A stretch of DNA of 62,962 nucleotides, the filler included, from Asterionella formosa (Eukaryota): NCBI GenBank assembly GCA_002256025.1. It is 25 parts of 25 records of this genome, joined end to end, with 100 filler letters (N's around TTAATTAATTAA, not from the genome) between each part and the next. Parts side by side here need not be neighbours in the genome. Positions count along the whole stretch, not along the records: positions 47,144 to 48,637 come from NKIB01002201.1; positions 48,738 to 50,231 come from NKIB01002202.1; positions 50,332 to 51,817 come from NKIB01002203.1; positions 51,918 to 53,410 come from NKIB01002205.1; positions 53,511 to 55,003 come from NKIB01002206.1; positions 55,104 to 56,595 come from NKIB01002207.1; positions 56,696 to 58,187 come from NKIB01002208.1; positions 58,288 to 59,779 come from NKIB01002209.1; 17 more parts are not named here. The stretch is one strand, 5' to 3'. The position numbers were made by a program, and so were the translations under genes. Numbering within the stretch: the stretch's first letter is position 1; the number at the start of each line of letters is the position of its first letter. A model generated the notes under the pieces. The model saw nothing but the letters and a program-made list of their open reading frames with translations, searched no databases and was not told where the DNA came from. Below are positions 47,144 to 59,947 of the stretch, in pieces.

Positions 47144-47700
47144 TTCATCATGTCAAGAACATGATAGATGAGGGTGAGTTGCATATTGTTTTTCTAAGAT
47201 CAGAAAACAATCCAGCAGACATTTTGACGAAGAATGTCAAAGAGCAGATTTTTACAAGGTTATCTGGACCTGTGCTGAGTGGTACAATTTTAGAACTTCT
47301 TGAACATGGTAACGAGGAGGATGTCAAGAATATAGCATCAATGGCTATAATGAGTCACAAGGACTGTGGACTCGACTATAGTCCAATGAGTCAAATGGTG
47401 CGTTCCCATGTCAAGAAGCTTGCTAACGAGATTGATGTCTTAGATCAATCAGAAGAAGGTTTACATCAACGAAAAGGGAACACGAAGAACAGGTTCTCGA
47501 AGTGTGATGAATGGGATTGAAACTTAGTTTTAGTTTAATCTTATAATTAAGAAACAGTGAGAATTGACAGAGTAAGGTCAATAGCGAAAACTAGCACGAA
47601 GGCTAGCAGCAGAAAGAAGATAACAATACTAGTGGTATAGCAGGTAAGTTTTACCTAAGAGGAACCCGTCAGACGGGAAGGAGTACGAGACCTTTCAACA
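47144..47700 (+). mobile_element. Copia family B 3' end: RNase H tail, polypurine tract (about 47311-47321), 3' LTR 47322-47700
   Basis: NPADILTKN; AACGAGGAGGA then TGTCAAG...TTTCAACA; overlaps the contig at 31174; LTR matches 44692-45070. Confidence 0.96.
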
Positions 47701-48737
47701 TATCCATACGGGTGCGCTAAGATCCATTTTATTCCTTGCTATTTCATTGTTATAGAGACAACTGGATACCGGGTAGTCCCGGTCGTGGTGAATCTGAGAT
47801 GCTTGAATATAAAGTGGGAGTATTGTTAGTAAAGTACCTGCACAAGTACTCGAGTACCAATAATGATATCAATAATGACCGTGAGGTCTACATGTAGGTA
47901 ATATGACGATTTTATATAACATTCATGCACCCGGCATAATTCAATACATATATTAGGGGAGGCAGTGACACATGAGAACATAATTAAAACTGTGAAATGG
48001 TCATCAATGACTGAAAATAGCCATTGCTACTCTACCATTGTTTCTTTATTTTGCTACCAGTATGTACTATCTAAAAATGCTGACTAAATTTTCATGCCAT
48101 GAAAAGCCCCCAGCCCCCCTCTATCCCATCAAATCAAGCCCTCTTGTCAGAGGTGCTAAAATCGATCAATTTGTTGACTCCCTCATAGTAATAGAACCCT
48201 TGTCAAGATGATGCTTAAATTGATCACTTTGTTGACTTGTCCTTCTAATAGTGTAGAAGACACAAGCTGACCCAAACCCCTCTCCAAATGCTGTGATTTG
48301 TACTGAATCATACTTTCTTTTAATCAATGTTTAATGTGCTAGCTACAAGCATTGCAGTGATGTTTTGAATCTAGTTCAGTCATCCTATCTTTGACAGACT
48401 TGGAGTTAGTACATATCTACAAAGTAATGATAGTGACTACACCCTACTCCTAGCATTCTCTGAAAATGAAAACTGGGACCAAGTTGGAATTGATGCTGAA
48501 TATGCCAAGCCATACAATGTCTTGACACATCCACTGAGTTTTCGATGGCCATGGGGTACATTAACAATCATAATCAAGTGGCTTTTAGAAACAACAAGAA
48601 ATCATGACGATTTTGTTAACCTTGTTGGGTCGTGTTGNNNNNNNNNNNNNNNNNNNNNNNNNNNNNNNNNNNNNNNNNNNNTTAATTAATTAANNNNNNN
48701 NNNNNNNNNNNNNNNNNNNNNNNNNNNNNNNNNNNNN

Positions 48738-50231
48738 GATGGACCGACTAACGTTTTCTGTGACAACGAGGTGGTGATGAATAGACATTGAAAAAGAAAC
48801 ATAATGCGATAGCGTATCACAGAGCGATAGAAGCTGTGGCGGCAGGGACGATTCGGGTAACGAAGGAAGATGGAATTTGGCTGATGTGCTCACGAAGCCA
48901 TTATCCCAAATTACACGAGAGTATTTGTGCGACAAGTTCATGTATTGATGGCTGTTGGATCACAGTGGGTCGAAGATTGAAGCCAAGGTTCATCGCGATG
49001 TCACAACCTATGACACCGGTTACCTCCTGGGCACGCAATGACGTGTGGCACCGAATCCAGGTCGATGTTTAGTTGTATATTTGTTTGGTTTCATCTCCCA
49101 TGTATTCGAGGGGACTGAACGAATATTGCAGTGCAGTGTGGGCGCGTGGATGAACGTACCGTGTCATACGGTACAGGGGACTAACTAGCCGTTAGAGTGT
49201 TTTAGCGATAGTACAGCATGCAAGCTTGGAGCAGCGAATGCGCTAGAACGGCGTAGGTTTATATATCTTTAAGTCTATCTTTTCAACCTTTATCTTTCTT
49301 TCCTTGTGCACCATGTAAGTTGTTCTGCCGACCACACTAGCGTATTTATTCGCATAGAATGGCAGTTGTACCTCACATAGAAGATTGCTCAGCTCTTTGG
49401 ATCGAACATCCTACTTTGATTGATGTTGAGCGATGTTCACCTCCCTTGTCTAATGGTTTCTTTTGACAGTATTGACCTGGATGGATCTCTTCTTACTTTT
49501 TCAGGACATTACTCTGGTTTCTGCTTACAACATTTCTCATTAGCAAGTACATGCTCCTCTTCCATCTTCCTGAGGAGTGCATTGGAACAGTAATCGACAG
49601 AGCACTGTCAAGACATCGATGTTTGGTAGCGAATTTGTGGCACTGAAAATCTCGGTTGCACTGATCGAGGCATTGAGGTATAAGCTGAGACTGTTTGGAA
49701 TCCCAATTGATGGACCGACTAACGTTTTCTGTGACAACGAGGTGGTGATGAATAGACATTGAAAAAGAAACATAATGCGATAGCGTATCACAGAGCGATA
49801 GAAGCTGTGGCGGCAGGGACGATTCGGGTAACGAAGGAAGATGGAATTTGGCTGATGTGCTCACGAAGCCATTATCCCAAATTACACGAGAGTATTTGTG
49901 CGACAAGTTCATGTATTGATGGCTGTTGGATCACAGTGGGTCGAAGATTGAAGCCAAGGTTCATCGCGATGTCACAACCTATGACACCGGTTACCTCCTG
50001 GGCACGCAATGACGTGTGGCACCGAATCCAGGTCGATGTTTAGTTGTATATTTGTTTGGTTTCATCTCCCATGTATTCGAGGGGACTGAACGAATATTGC
50101 AGTGCAGTGTGGGCGCGTGGATGAACGTACCGTGTCATACGGTACAGGGGACTAACTAGCCGTTAGAGTGTTTTAGCGATAGTACAGCATGCAAGCTTGG
50201 AGCAGCGAATGCGCTAGAACGGCGTAGGTTT
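48738..50231 (+). mobile_element. Degenerate CoDi-like Copia 3' end (RNase H remnant, PPT, LTR about 49116-49439) repeated with a 971-bp period
   Basis: FGSEFVALK, LRYKLRLFGIPIDGPTNVFCDN, KKKHNAIAYH; GAGGGGAC then TGAAC...GTTCA; 48738-49260 = 49709-50231. Confidence 0.88.
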
Positions 50232-50537
50232 NNNNNNNNNNNNNNNNNNNNNNNNNNNNNNNNNNNNNNNNNNNNTTAATTAATTAANNNNNNNNNNNNN
50301 NNNNNNNNNNNNNNNNNNNNNNNNNNNNNNNCTGGTCCAACAATAATTTATTTTAACTAGCTAATTTAACTAATTAACTTTATTGAGTTGTTTCCAGAGC
50401 TTGAAAGCAGCTGATTCCGAAGCTTGCTTCTTTAACAGGAACTTCGACACCACCAGTGCGTGGGGAAGGGAAAATCAAGAAGGAGGACATTCCTACTATC
50501 ATCAAGACCCCATTCCTTGGTGAAAGCGCTTTGTTAC

Positions 50538-50611
50538 AAATTCCATACTGGTCCGATGCGATGCGCACGCCTCTGGAAATTCCATACTGGTCCAATGCGC
50601 ACGCCTCTGGA
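50538..50611 (+). repeat. Short tandem duplication, units of about 35-40 bp
   Basis: aaattccatactggtcc..atgcgcacgcctctgga twice. Confidence 0.85.
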
Positions 50612-51019
50612 CAATGATCCAACTGTAGTAGGTTGTGGTATGCATGGTGCCGTGCCGGTGGGGCTGGTATGATGGTATTCTTCTTCATATCTTGTACAGA
50701 AGGCAGGTGCACCTACACCTAGCGAAGGGGAGATTGAGACTTGGGAGGAGGCATTCGATTTTTGTTCCTTTGAGTGTTGGTGAAACTGGTCCGCTAAAGT
50801 TGATTGTCAAGATAGGTCATGAGTGAGTCACGCTAGAACAAAAAACGGATTCAATAAGCAATCACGAAAGAGACTTTGACTTTGCCAATCCGCTCCGCTC
50901 CGTTGCCTGCTTGCTTGCTTGCTTCCTTTCCATTGACCAGAAGAAGCAATAAAACCACTCTCCATAGTGGACACGAACAAAGCTCGATCGCACAAGCGCG
51001 GCACTCACATCAGCAACCC

Positions 51020-51090
51020 GTTCTGTTCTGTTCTGTTCCGTTCCGTTCCGTTCCGTTCCGTTTCGTCGCGTTCGCGTTCGCGTTCGCGTT
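51020..51090 (+). repeat. Compound microsatellite (GTTCT)n(GTTCC)n(CGCGTT)n
   Basis: Read directly from the sequence. Confidence 0.95.
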
Positions 51091-51545
51091 GACGTGAATC
51101 TCAGTTACCACCGGTCACCCATTGCGCCGTGCATCGCTTGCTTTCATTTCTCGTCATGCTCACACTGGAGAATACCGGCTCAGCAGCCCACTCGCCACTC
51201 GCCGTATTCGTCCTCCAAAAGTTAAAGGTCCCTCCCGAATCTCGCCGGTTCCCACTGAGTCGATGAAGAAAGCAAGAAGCACCCGTGTGTCAACCGTAAC
51301 AACAAAGTATGCCTAGCAGGAGACCGCCATCGAGGTTGGACCACAGGGAGCCAGCCTTTTTTTCGTACGAACAAGCGCGCAATAAGACAAGCGTTAGATG
51401 CGATATTTAAAAAAGCATCAAGATTTCGCATGTGGATGGTTTGTTTGTACTTTACATTTTATAGGTTTTTTATTTATTTTATGAACAAAAGTGCAAAAGT
51501 GTACCGGAAATAATATTCTCATTATTATTACCGGTATTATTAGAC

Positions 51546-51637
51546 TACCGTATACTTCATTGTCCTGGACCCCCCAATGTACACTGCCGTGACTGAATTT
51601 GACTGATTTTACTGAAGGGGGGCCCAGGACAATGAAG
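51546..51637 (+). mobile_element. Probable DNA-transposon end (TA|CCGTATAC) with a 21-bp inverted repeat
   Basis: CTTCATTGTCCTGGACCCCCC (51555-51575) vs GGGGGGCCCAGGACAATGAAG (51617-51637), one mismatch; terminus matches that at 34636. Confidence 0.55.
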
Positions 51638-51917
51638 AGATTTCCCTTATAATGGACCTAAGTAAATTTCTTTAGTTCTACAGGATAGCTCACATTTTTC
51701 TAAGATGTATTAATATGACAATTATTTCCGTCTTGTGAAAAATGAGAGAGTTCTTCACCTCGCAAGAAAAACGCGACTTCATGTTGTTATCGGCGATCTC
51801 AATTTTCGTTGTCATTANNNNNNNNNNNNNNNNNNNNNNNNNNNNNNNNNNNNNNNNNNNNTTAATTAATTAANNNNNNNNNNNNNNNNNNNNNNNNNNN
51901 NNNNNNNNNNNNNNNNN

Positions 51918-53410
51918 GCGAGTTCTTTTGCTGCTCGATGCCTTGCCATTCTTTTCCAACAGTATTGCGCTCTGATTATCCTGGAATATAATTGAATCTT
52001 TAACGTCATACCCTTGAGCTTCCAAGAAATATCGTGTCCACAATATCTGTGGCATTGCATCGTTGACTCCGACAAGCTCACCTTCCGTAGAACTTCTTGT
52101 GTTAATTCTTTGTCTAGTTGATGTGCCATATATTCCTCCTTTTCCTAGGGTCATTACAGCTCCGGTGTGGCTTTTCATGTCTGGGTGAACAGCAAATGAA
52201 GCGTCGACCCACCATTTGACTATTTGCATACTCTCTGCCTCCAGTGTTAGTGGCATATTCACAGTTCCTCGTAAATACCTCATTACCCGAGTCAATTTTT
52301 TATAATCATCGGTGTCTGGAGCCTTAACACGTGTACATAGAAAGGCCACTGCAGTCTGAATATCCGGGCGGGCACGTTTACATAAAAACAACAGCTTAGC
52401 CACGTTATGATGAAACATTGCGGATTGTTCCTCGTTCAACTTGATTGGGTCTGTTTCGTTCACTTCAAAGAGATGATTTGCTGCTGCGGTCACAGCTTCC
52501 CCATTCATGTCTGTTGGTAGCTCGTTTAGCATCCGTTCAATGAAATCCTTCATTGACACCATGACTTTTCCTGGTGTAGTAAAATCAAGAATCATGCCTA
52601 GGTATTCATGAACTTTTCCACGTGCCTTTGTAAGGGGTGCCTCAATGCCAAACTCCGCCTCCAGCTGTTTGATTACCTTGGTAACCACATTTGGCTTGAC
52701 ATGAGATATCTTTAGATCATCTACATGCCATAATATTGTGCATTGGGTCCCATCAATTGTCTTGTTCATTACACACCAATCGTATGGGTTCACCTCAAAT
52801 CCCCATTGTTTCAATTTCATTGTGAGTTTCTTCCAAAATAACAGTGCTGCTTTGAGAGTTCCGTACAGTGCTTTCTTTAGTTCCACATATAAGACCTGCT
52901 TACCCCCTTGCATCTGCACGTGTTTGCGGTATAGTTTGGGATCTATTCTCACAAGGAGTTCGGCCATTTTACCTTCCAACTTCATGTGAACGACATCCTC
53001 CATATCCGCCTGCATGAATGCCCCGGGTATGTCAATTGTGGCAACATCGCGACCTTCCATTGCATCGATTACACAGGACAGCAGTACTGATTCGATAGCC
53101 ACAGTTGGTGAACTTGCCTCTTCCTTGTTTGTATATGCTCTCTGCTTTCGGCCATCGGCACATCCCCTTCCCTTTATGACACCATTCCGCTTTTGTTTTA
53201 GAAACATTAAATATTGCAGAGCACCTTGTTTTTCCTCATTTGTCATCTCTTTGGCATTCACCGGCTCTAGGACCTTTCTGTCGTGTAGCTGTTGTAGTTC
53301 CTTTAGTACTGCATCAATTCCGGCATCACCGAAGAGCTTAATCCCTTTTTTCATGTTATGCTGTGTCATCACTGTATTTTCAAGAGTTGTATGCATGTGG
53401 CTATAGTCCC
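51918..53410 (-). mobile_element. Diatom CoDi-like Copia RT-RNase H fragment, intact frame (distinct family)
   Basis: KGRGCADGRKQR, SSPTV, DIPGAFMQA, KALYG, WHVDD, RARPDIQTAVAFLCTRV, WWVDASFAVHPDMKSHTG, SSTEGELVG, QDNQSAILLEKNG. Confidence 0.96.
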
Positions 53411-53510
53411 NNNNNNNNNNNNNNNNNNNNNNNNNNNNNNNNNNNNNNNNNNNNTTAATTAATTAANNNNNNNNNNNNNNNNNNNNNNNNNNNNNNNNNN
53501 NNNNNNNNNN

Positions 53511-53640
53511 AGAAACAGAGTTTACTATGTTCATGTCCATGTAACTCATAAAAACTCATATTTTCGAGGAAGCCGACCCCCATGTAGAAAAATGGTATGT
53601 TGTCCAGGTAATTTGTCCTAAGATAAGCTGCTTGGCATTT
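53511..53640 (+). repeat. Dispersed repeat, homolog of 7769-7911
   Basis: Collinear shared blocks ending in GTCCTAAGATAAGCTGCTTGGCA. Confidence 0.75.
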
Positions 53641-56600
53641 GGTGTTGGGAAGATTGATGCAATTGATATTGGACAGAGGGAGTACCTGGTACCTAGAAAC
53701 AAAAGGATATATTGGTGTAAATTATAGTACCAGGAAGGGATCAAATGATTGCATATACATTTAGCCATGTATTGGAACCAACATTTGTTTTGCACGCGGA
53801 TCTTTCTGAATGTAATGTCAGAAGAGTCCAAACTTGCTTAAAGAAAATATAGTTGTGCTTAATTTTCAAGAATTATGAAGAGCGCGAACTTCTCAAAGGT
53901 ATGCGAACTTCGCAGGAGAACGCGCGACTAGAATATCGCAAGTTATTTGGAGAAAAACCAGCAAGGTCTGTGCACAATATGCATAAGGAATTTTCCATGT
54001 AGTGAGGAGGTATTGAGTTTCCCATAGCCCCCAATAACCATCAGGTTTGTAGACGGAATGAATGATTTTTCAGAACTGAAATACATCAGGGAATAATTGA
54101 CTGAGGGTCAATAGATTGAAAACCCAGACTGAATCTACTAGCTACCCTGGTACCTGGTACCATAGCCAGAATGAATCACTACTAACTTTAGATCATGCAT
54201 ACTGCTGATGGTATGTAATAGTATGTTCTGAGGGTGTACCTGATAGTTTTAAAAGGGTCCAGGTACCTGGAAGGTCCAGTAAGGCCCTATTGCTTAGGCG
54301 CACCTTCTCAGTTTCGACTCCCTCCCCCCGCCTGCCAGGCGAGGTTGGCTAGCTTTCTATTCCAAACTGATCGTATTGGTGAAAGATAATTTTAACTTGA
54401 ACTATTTTAAGCAACAATAATATATTTTTTTGGACTTTTAGATCTGGTATGTTTTGACGTAGAAACAGGATGTAGAAGTAGTTTCATCACGATGAAGCTA
54501 GACAAAGCTACACATACATACAAAGGATTGTCACAATGATGAGCCTGATTGAAGCGACAATTTCTCTGCAGCTAACTGGGATGTTTTGTTCCACTTTTCC
54601 ACAGTGCTGTTGATCTCAAAGTATATTAACGTCGTGCCATGAGTGAATAGTTGTCTGTAGTAATTGAATACAGCTACTGGAAAATGACAATAATCGGCAA
54701 TCAACAGGTTGATGCAAGCTCCTCAGCACCCATTTCATCTAACTACCAACAAGTGCCACGATGGAAATGTCATCAAATCATCAAATGCTGTCATAAAACA
54801 AGCGTCACAACAGCAACAAACGACGTCTACGAAATCAAGAACAAGACTGATTTCAGGACACACAAGCGTCCACAAGAAATAAAAATCAACAATCACGCAA
54901 CCAAGCACAATATTGACAATAATACCGGAAGATCTTACTGCCAAGAACCAACACAAGGGATAATAATGAGCGCCGCAACCGCAATGAAATCTACGAAATC
55001 AAGNNNNNNNNNNNNNNNNNNNNNNNNNNNNNNNNNNNNNNNNNNNNTTAATTAATTAANNNNNNNNNNNNNNNNNNNNNNNNNNNNNNNNNNNNNNNNN
55101 NNNTGTTCTGTTCTGTTCCTTCAATGTAAGTACTTTTCCGCGAAGTGTATTGAATTCTTGTTGCCTTTTTGTTTCTTTTGTACTAATGACAATGTCTGAA
55201 ATTCGCTTCCGTTCCAGTGTAGCAGCAAGAATATTTGGCCCAAGGGCAAAGGTTTGGGTTAACTATAATTGTATTCTTACCAGTCACCATTATGAAACAA
55301 CAATCAACAGCACGAGCAAGCCAATGACATTTGCGATGGCGATATCCCTGTCGTGAGATCTATTTCAAAAGTCGAAGCTGCAACTTGCATGCTTGTTGTG
55401 GAGCGATTATCAAGCTAAATGCTTAAGGCTCAGGCAGTTCTGGCCTTGATGTTGTCGGCTTCCCGGAAGTGTTCACAGAATCATTTCGTCTGCTGCCTCA
55501 TGATGCAGAAATATTTCGTGCATGTCATGATTCTGGTCGAATAATCATATAAGTGATGAGGTTGGCTTATATTAATTTCCATCACGATCCAAGTCGTAGA
55601 GTCTACACAAGTTAATACCGTTGTAGGATTTGGTACAAATGGGTACACACAGTTAGAATTACTATTGATGCCATCAAAAGACTTGGGCGCACCGGTGCAC
55701 CAAAAATAGAAATTGTATTGATTATAGAAACTGTTTGAACCTACAACAATATATATCTTTTAATATTGCCATTTTCGTTTAGACTACGGAGAAAACGGTG
55801 GTGAAGTTGGTTTGCTCGCCAAGGTTCAATGTCTTGTACTCCCCTCTAAGTAAAATCAGTTGTGGCTGTGTACATTGAGGGGTACGAGACACCAGGTTTG
55901 ACGGGTAGTCAAGAAGCAACTCCCGCTCCAGCTATCGTCTTGCCATTTGGGTACTTCTAAGTAATTTGTAGGCTCTAAGTAATTTCTTAAGTAATTTTTA
56001 TTTAAGGGCAATATGGGGCACATTGAATTTTTCGGCAATAAAATTGCCGATTTTAGCATGACAACCAGAATAACAGTAACATGCATAGAGATGGTACAAC
56101 AAGCGTAAAACACACAAGAATGAAACAAGCAATGCAACATCAATGAAAATTGAACATGATGTTTGGAGCAACCAAAGTATGAAATGCGATTTAATAAGTA
56201 GCATCAAATGAGAAATAGAAAAATTGTTTTGGGCTAGAAATGAAACAAAAAATAAGAGTTCCAATGGAGACGTATGCATTGTGAATCATTGTAGTACTTA
56301 CACAGGCAAGCAACATTGACTTTCCATCACCATATACAATCGAAGACCGAAAGAAGAAGAAAAAAAGCTGAACCCAATGTAGACCTGCATCGTTATGTAG
56401 CATAAATGGTCTAGTTGCTGCAACCATGCGCATCGCTGTAGCAGCCTGACACCAGTAGCAGTATTTCCGCCACAGTCATTCCTCTCTGCCCATCAAACAA
56501 GCAACCCAGATCATCACATTCTGAGCAAGCATGATCGCCATGCTGCTCCAGCACTATTGACTCTCTCTAGCTGAGTATTCATGTAGCTTCTGATANNNNN

Positions 56601-57049
56601 NNNNNNNNNNNNNNNNNNNNNNNNNNNNNNNNNNNNNNNTTAATTAATTAANNNNNNNNNNNNNNNNNNNNNNNNNNNNNNNNNNNNNNNNNNNNCCGAT
56701 GACTATGATAATGGTTTATTCCTTGATAGTTTAGTAGATCATGATGCTGCTGCTATTAATGGTCCAATCATTCAGAACGGAGAAATAAACGACATTATAA
56801 ACCCTACCAACTTCCGATTTTGCGCACAAAGTATATCCGTTTCGTCCACTTCAGCATGACAATCTCGCCAATCAACCCGTAAACAGACACATTCTACCGG
56901 TACTTGTTCTCGTTGAAATTTTCAATTCTCACATGATACTACATCTACTATTTCGATTCAGCATAGAAGGAGATACGAAAATGTGCGTAACAGACTACTG
57001 TCCACATAGCTATAGTTATAGAATGATTCTGATTAGAACGCATTTCATT

Positions 57050-57540
57050 TTCATATCGCTCGCTCGTTTCTGCATTTGGTATACTGTACTTGAATTAACT
57101 ATTGAATTTGTCCGCATCTTTGATACCATCAAGCAAGAGAGCGAAAGCAAGTGGCTCTTTTCATTGTTGTTTGCTCGTAGGAAGAATTTGATATCTGTAT
57201 CGTCATTTGCTTGTTGGAATTGTCCGTTGCCTCAAACTTGCTTGGCGTGTGCGTACACACACTGTCGACTTGTTTTCATTGGTATGTTGTTCTTGTATTC
57301 ACTGTTGAACTTGTCCGCATCTTTTTTACCATCAATAGAGCGACAAGTGGGTCTCTTCATTGTTGTTTGCTCCTGAAAAAGTCGGTGTTTGTGTCCGTGT
57401 CATCCTCATCAATAGAGAGACAAGTTCTTTCATTGGAAAAATTGGTACCGTATCATCATTCGCTCGTTCGAACCACTGTCCGTTGCCTCAAACCTGATTA
57501 GCGTTTGAGTACCTGTACCCGGTATGTGCACTGTCGACTT
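57050..57540 (+). repeat. Degenerate direct repeat, two units of about 200-270 bp
   Basis: TTGAA.TTGTCCGCATCTTT..TACCATCAA, TCATTGTTGTTTGCTC, TGTCCGTTGCCTCAAAC and CACTGTCGACTT each occur twice in the same order. Confidence 0.8.
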
Positions 57541-57629
57541 TAGTACATTACAGGCGGAGTGACTTGTTAGCTACTAAATTGCGTGATATAATAATATACC
57601 CTGTAGCACGATGCATAATACAGTTGCTT

Positions 57630-58070
57630 CCCAATCATCTCATCATGATTGATAAGATGATACTGTGATATCATGATAAGGTTACATCGATGCATACATC
57701 ACCAAAGTATGATATGTAATATTGACTAAAGTACATCACATAGCTATGATACATTGATCCTAAAATTATGATGATTTTATAAAATATATATGATATAATT
57801 TTGATCAAAATATGATCATGTAAAAATAGTACAATGACAATAAAATACGATAAAATATGTACGCAAGTGTTATCGATACATCACAGAATATAAATCAAGC
57901 AATCATAAAGTATGTTAATTAATATATATGTTTGTCGTTTAATATATACAGTTAAAGTCAACAGTTAATATGATAGTATTATACAGTGGATAGGATCTAA
58001 GTATACGGATGCGTTGATATGTACATCACTATAATATGATTTGTGATATGGATTGATGCATATCACATAC
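57630..58070. repeat. Very AT-rich region dense in TATGAT/ACATCAC motifs, probable transposon subterminal repeats
   Basis: TACATCAC occurs four times; many TATGAT/ATCAT. Confidence 0.45.
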
Positions 58071-58913
58071 CGGTATCCTCAACAACCAGCCATCACGTTC
58101 ATTGTCGTGTCGTCTTTCCTTGTTTTAGCTATATATATGCTCAGATCCGTTCCATTGCAAATCTTCCTTCAATAGGTCAAACTCGTCNNNNNNNNNNNNN
58201 NNNNNNNNNNNNNNNNNNNNNNNNNNNNNNNTTAATTAATTAANNNNNNNNNNNNNNNNNNNNNNNNNNNNNNNNNNNNNNNNNNNNGAGACTTTTTCAA
58301 GATAATTTACAGATTAACTCACTGGGGGAACTACTTTTGAATATATTATGATAGCATCAATAGCAATTTTTTTCTTGTTACCTGTATGACAACCACCAAT
58401 TTCAGGTCACCAGAAGGTATTATGATATAAGATAGTATCAATATCTTCGAAAGGACAACATTTCTATTACCTGATTACATTATGTCTTGTATGATTAACC
58501 ATGCTAAGCATAGCCCTATCTTGATAATTTATAATCATCAAGTAAACCTAGGAGGGCCCAATTTTCGCGTACGGGCGCATTGCTCGCATTGTTCTTGATC
58601 AGTATACTGTACGTAATATTTACCAGTATCAGTATACCAGTATACTGTTGGATTGGAATAAAGTAACTGTAATAATAACTGGTGGGACTCCCCAATACCA
58701 TACTGCCTCACGTTAGTAGAAGTATAACTGGTATACTGCTGGAAGCCAAAAAATGGCTCGCAGTTAACTGCAGTATAAAATCACCGACCTATGCCTGGTA
58801 CCAGGTACCCAGTTACTGGTTGGTACATACGTATGGTAGCAGAATTTCGGGACTTTTCCCAAAACGGGATGAAACTGGAAAAACTATTCGTAAATTCAAC
58901 TGCCCATTGGCAT

Positions 58914-58984
58914 TTGCACCACCGTTGCACCACAATTGCACCACCAATTGCACCACTTTACTTAGAGTAACCTGAATTGCACCA
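58914..58984 (+). repeat. Five TTGCACCA direct repeats upstream of ORF 59131
   Basis: tttgcaccac-cgttgcaccac-aattgcaccac-caattgcaccac ... aattgcaccag. Confidence 0.85.
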
Positions 58985-59130
58985 GACTATATCAAATCCG
59001 TGCAACTATATAAATATACATAACTGTATAGGAATACATGTGATCCTAAAAATTACAGCCCGCCAACATTTGATGAATAATTTGTTCACTTAACTTGCCA
59101 ATTTCGCATCCATATACTTGAATTGTCAGA

Positions 59131-59779
59131 ATGAGTAAGAAGAATACACGCGGTGAGACTAAAAAGCTTGCCAATCTACCTCGGGATGTCTTATATGCCA
59201 AGGATACAACAGCAGATATTGAAGATAAAGTAGCCCAAGGAATTCTGAATGCTTTGGACAAATTGAAAAAGACATCTGTTGACCGACGCTTGGCAAAATT
59301 GACTGGTACAAGTGCACTCCGGTATCGTACAGAGCTAAGCTATGAGGTTCACTTTCGTGGTCTTACAAAATTCTTCAAGTTGATTGGTGATTATGAGTCA
59401 CTGTTGATGCTTAGGGACAAATGTCCTGCAAACTGTCCATCGATGAAGGTAGAATCCCTTGTAATGTATGTATGGTGGAAATACAATGCACCAAGTATGA
59501 CATTATTGGATCTTGGTGGAAAGGAAGTTTACGATGTCATGGGGCATCTTATAAAATGTCGTGGGGATTGGAATGCCCCTGAAAAGCGTAAGGGATTTCG
59601 TACGGCAGTATGGTGCATTCATAAGGCTCACAATCAAACTGGTAACTACATACAGGCTTGTCAAGACTGTCGTGATATGCCCTTTGATGAGTGGTATAAG
59701 GGATGCAGTACCCACAAGGGTCATCCTGCTCTACTTAGATCTGGTAATCCTGCATACGATTCGGTCTTTACAGATTGTT
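59131..59779 (+). CDS. Partial ORF, possibly the N-terminal (core-binding) region of a Crypton-like tyrosine recombinase with a Cys/His insert
   Basis: T..SY..HFRGL..FF..IGDYES, W.AP, AV..IH, C..C...GC..H, GNP..D.VF; catalytic domain not in the contig; family call is inference. Confidence 0.45.
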
Positions 59780-59879
59780 NNNNNNNNNNNNNNNNNNNNN
59801 NNNNNNNNNNNNNNNNNNNNNNNTTAATTAATTAANNNNNNNNNNNNNNNNNNNNNNNNNNNNNNNNNNNNNNNNNNNN

Positions 59880-59947
59880 AAGTATTTCAAATAATTATGT
59901 GAAGTATTTCAAATAATTATGAGAAGTATTTCAAATAATTATGTGAA
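59880..59947 (+). repeat. 22-bp tandem repeat x3 (AAGTATTTCAAATAATTATG[T/A]G)
   Basis: Read directly; core AATAATTATGTGA is the reverse complement of the repeat at 2915/2935. Confidence 0.92.
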
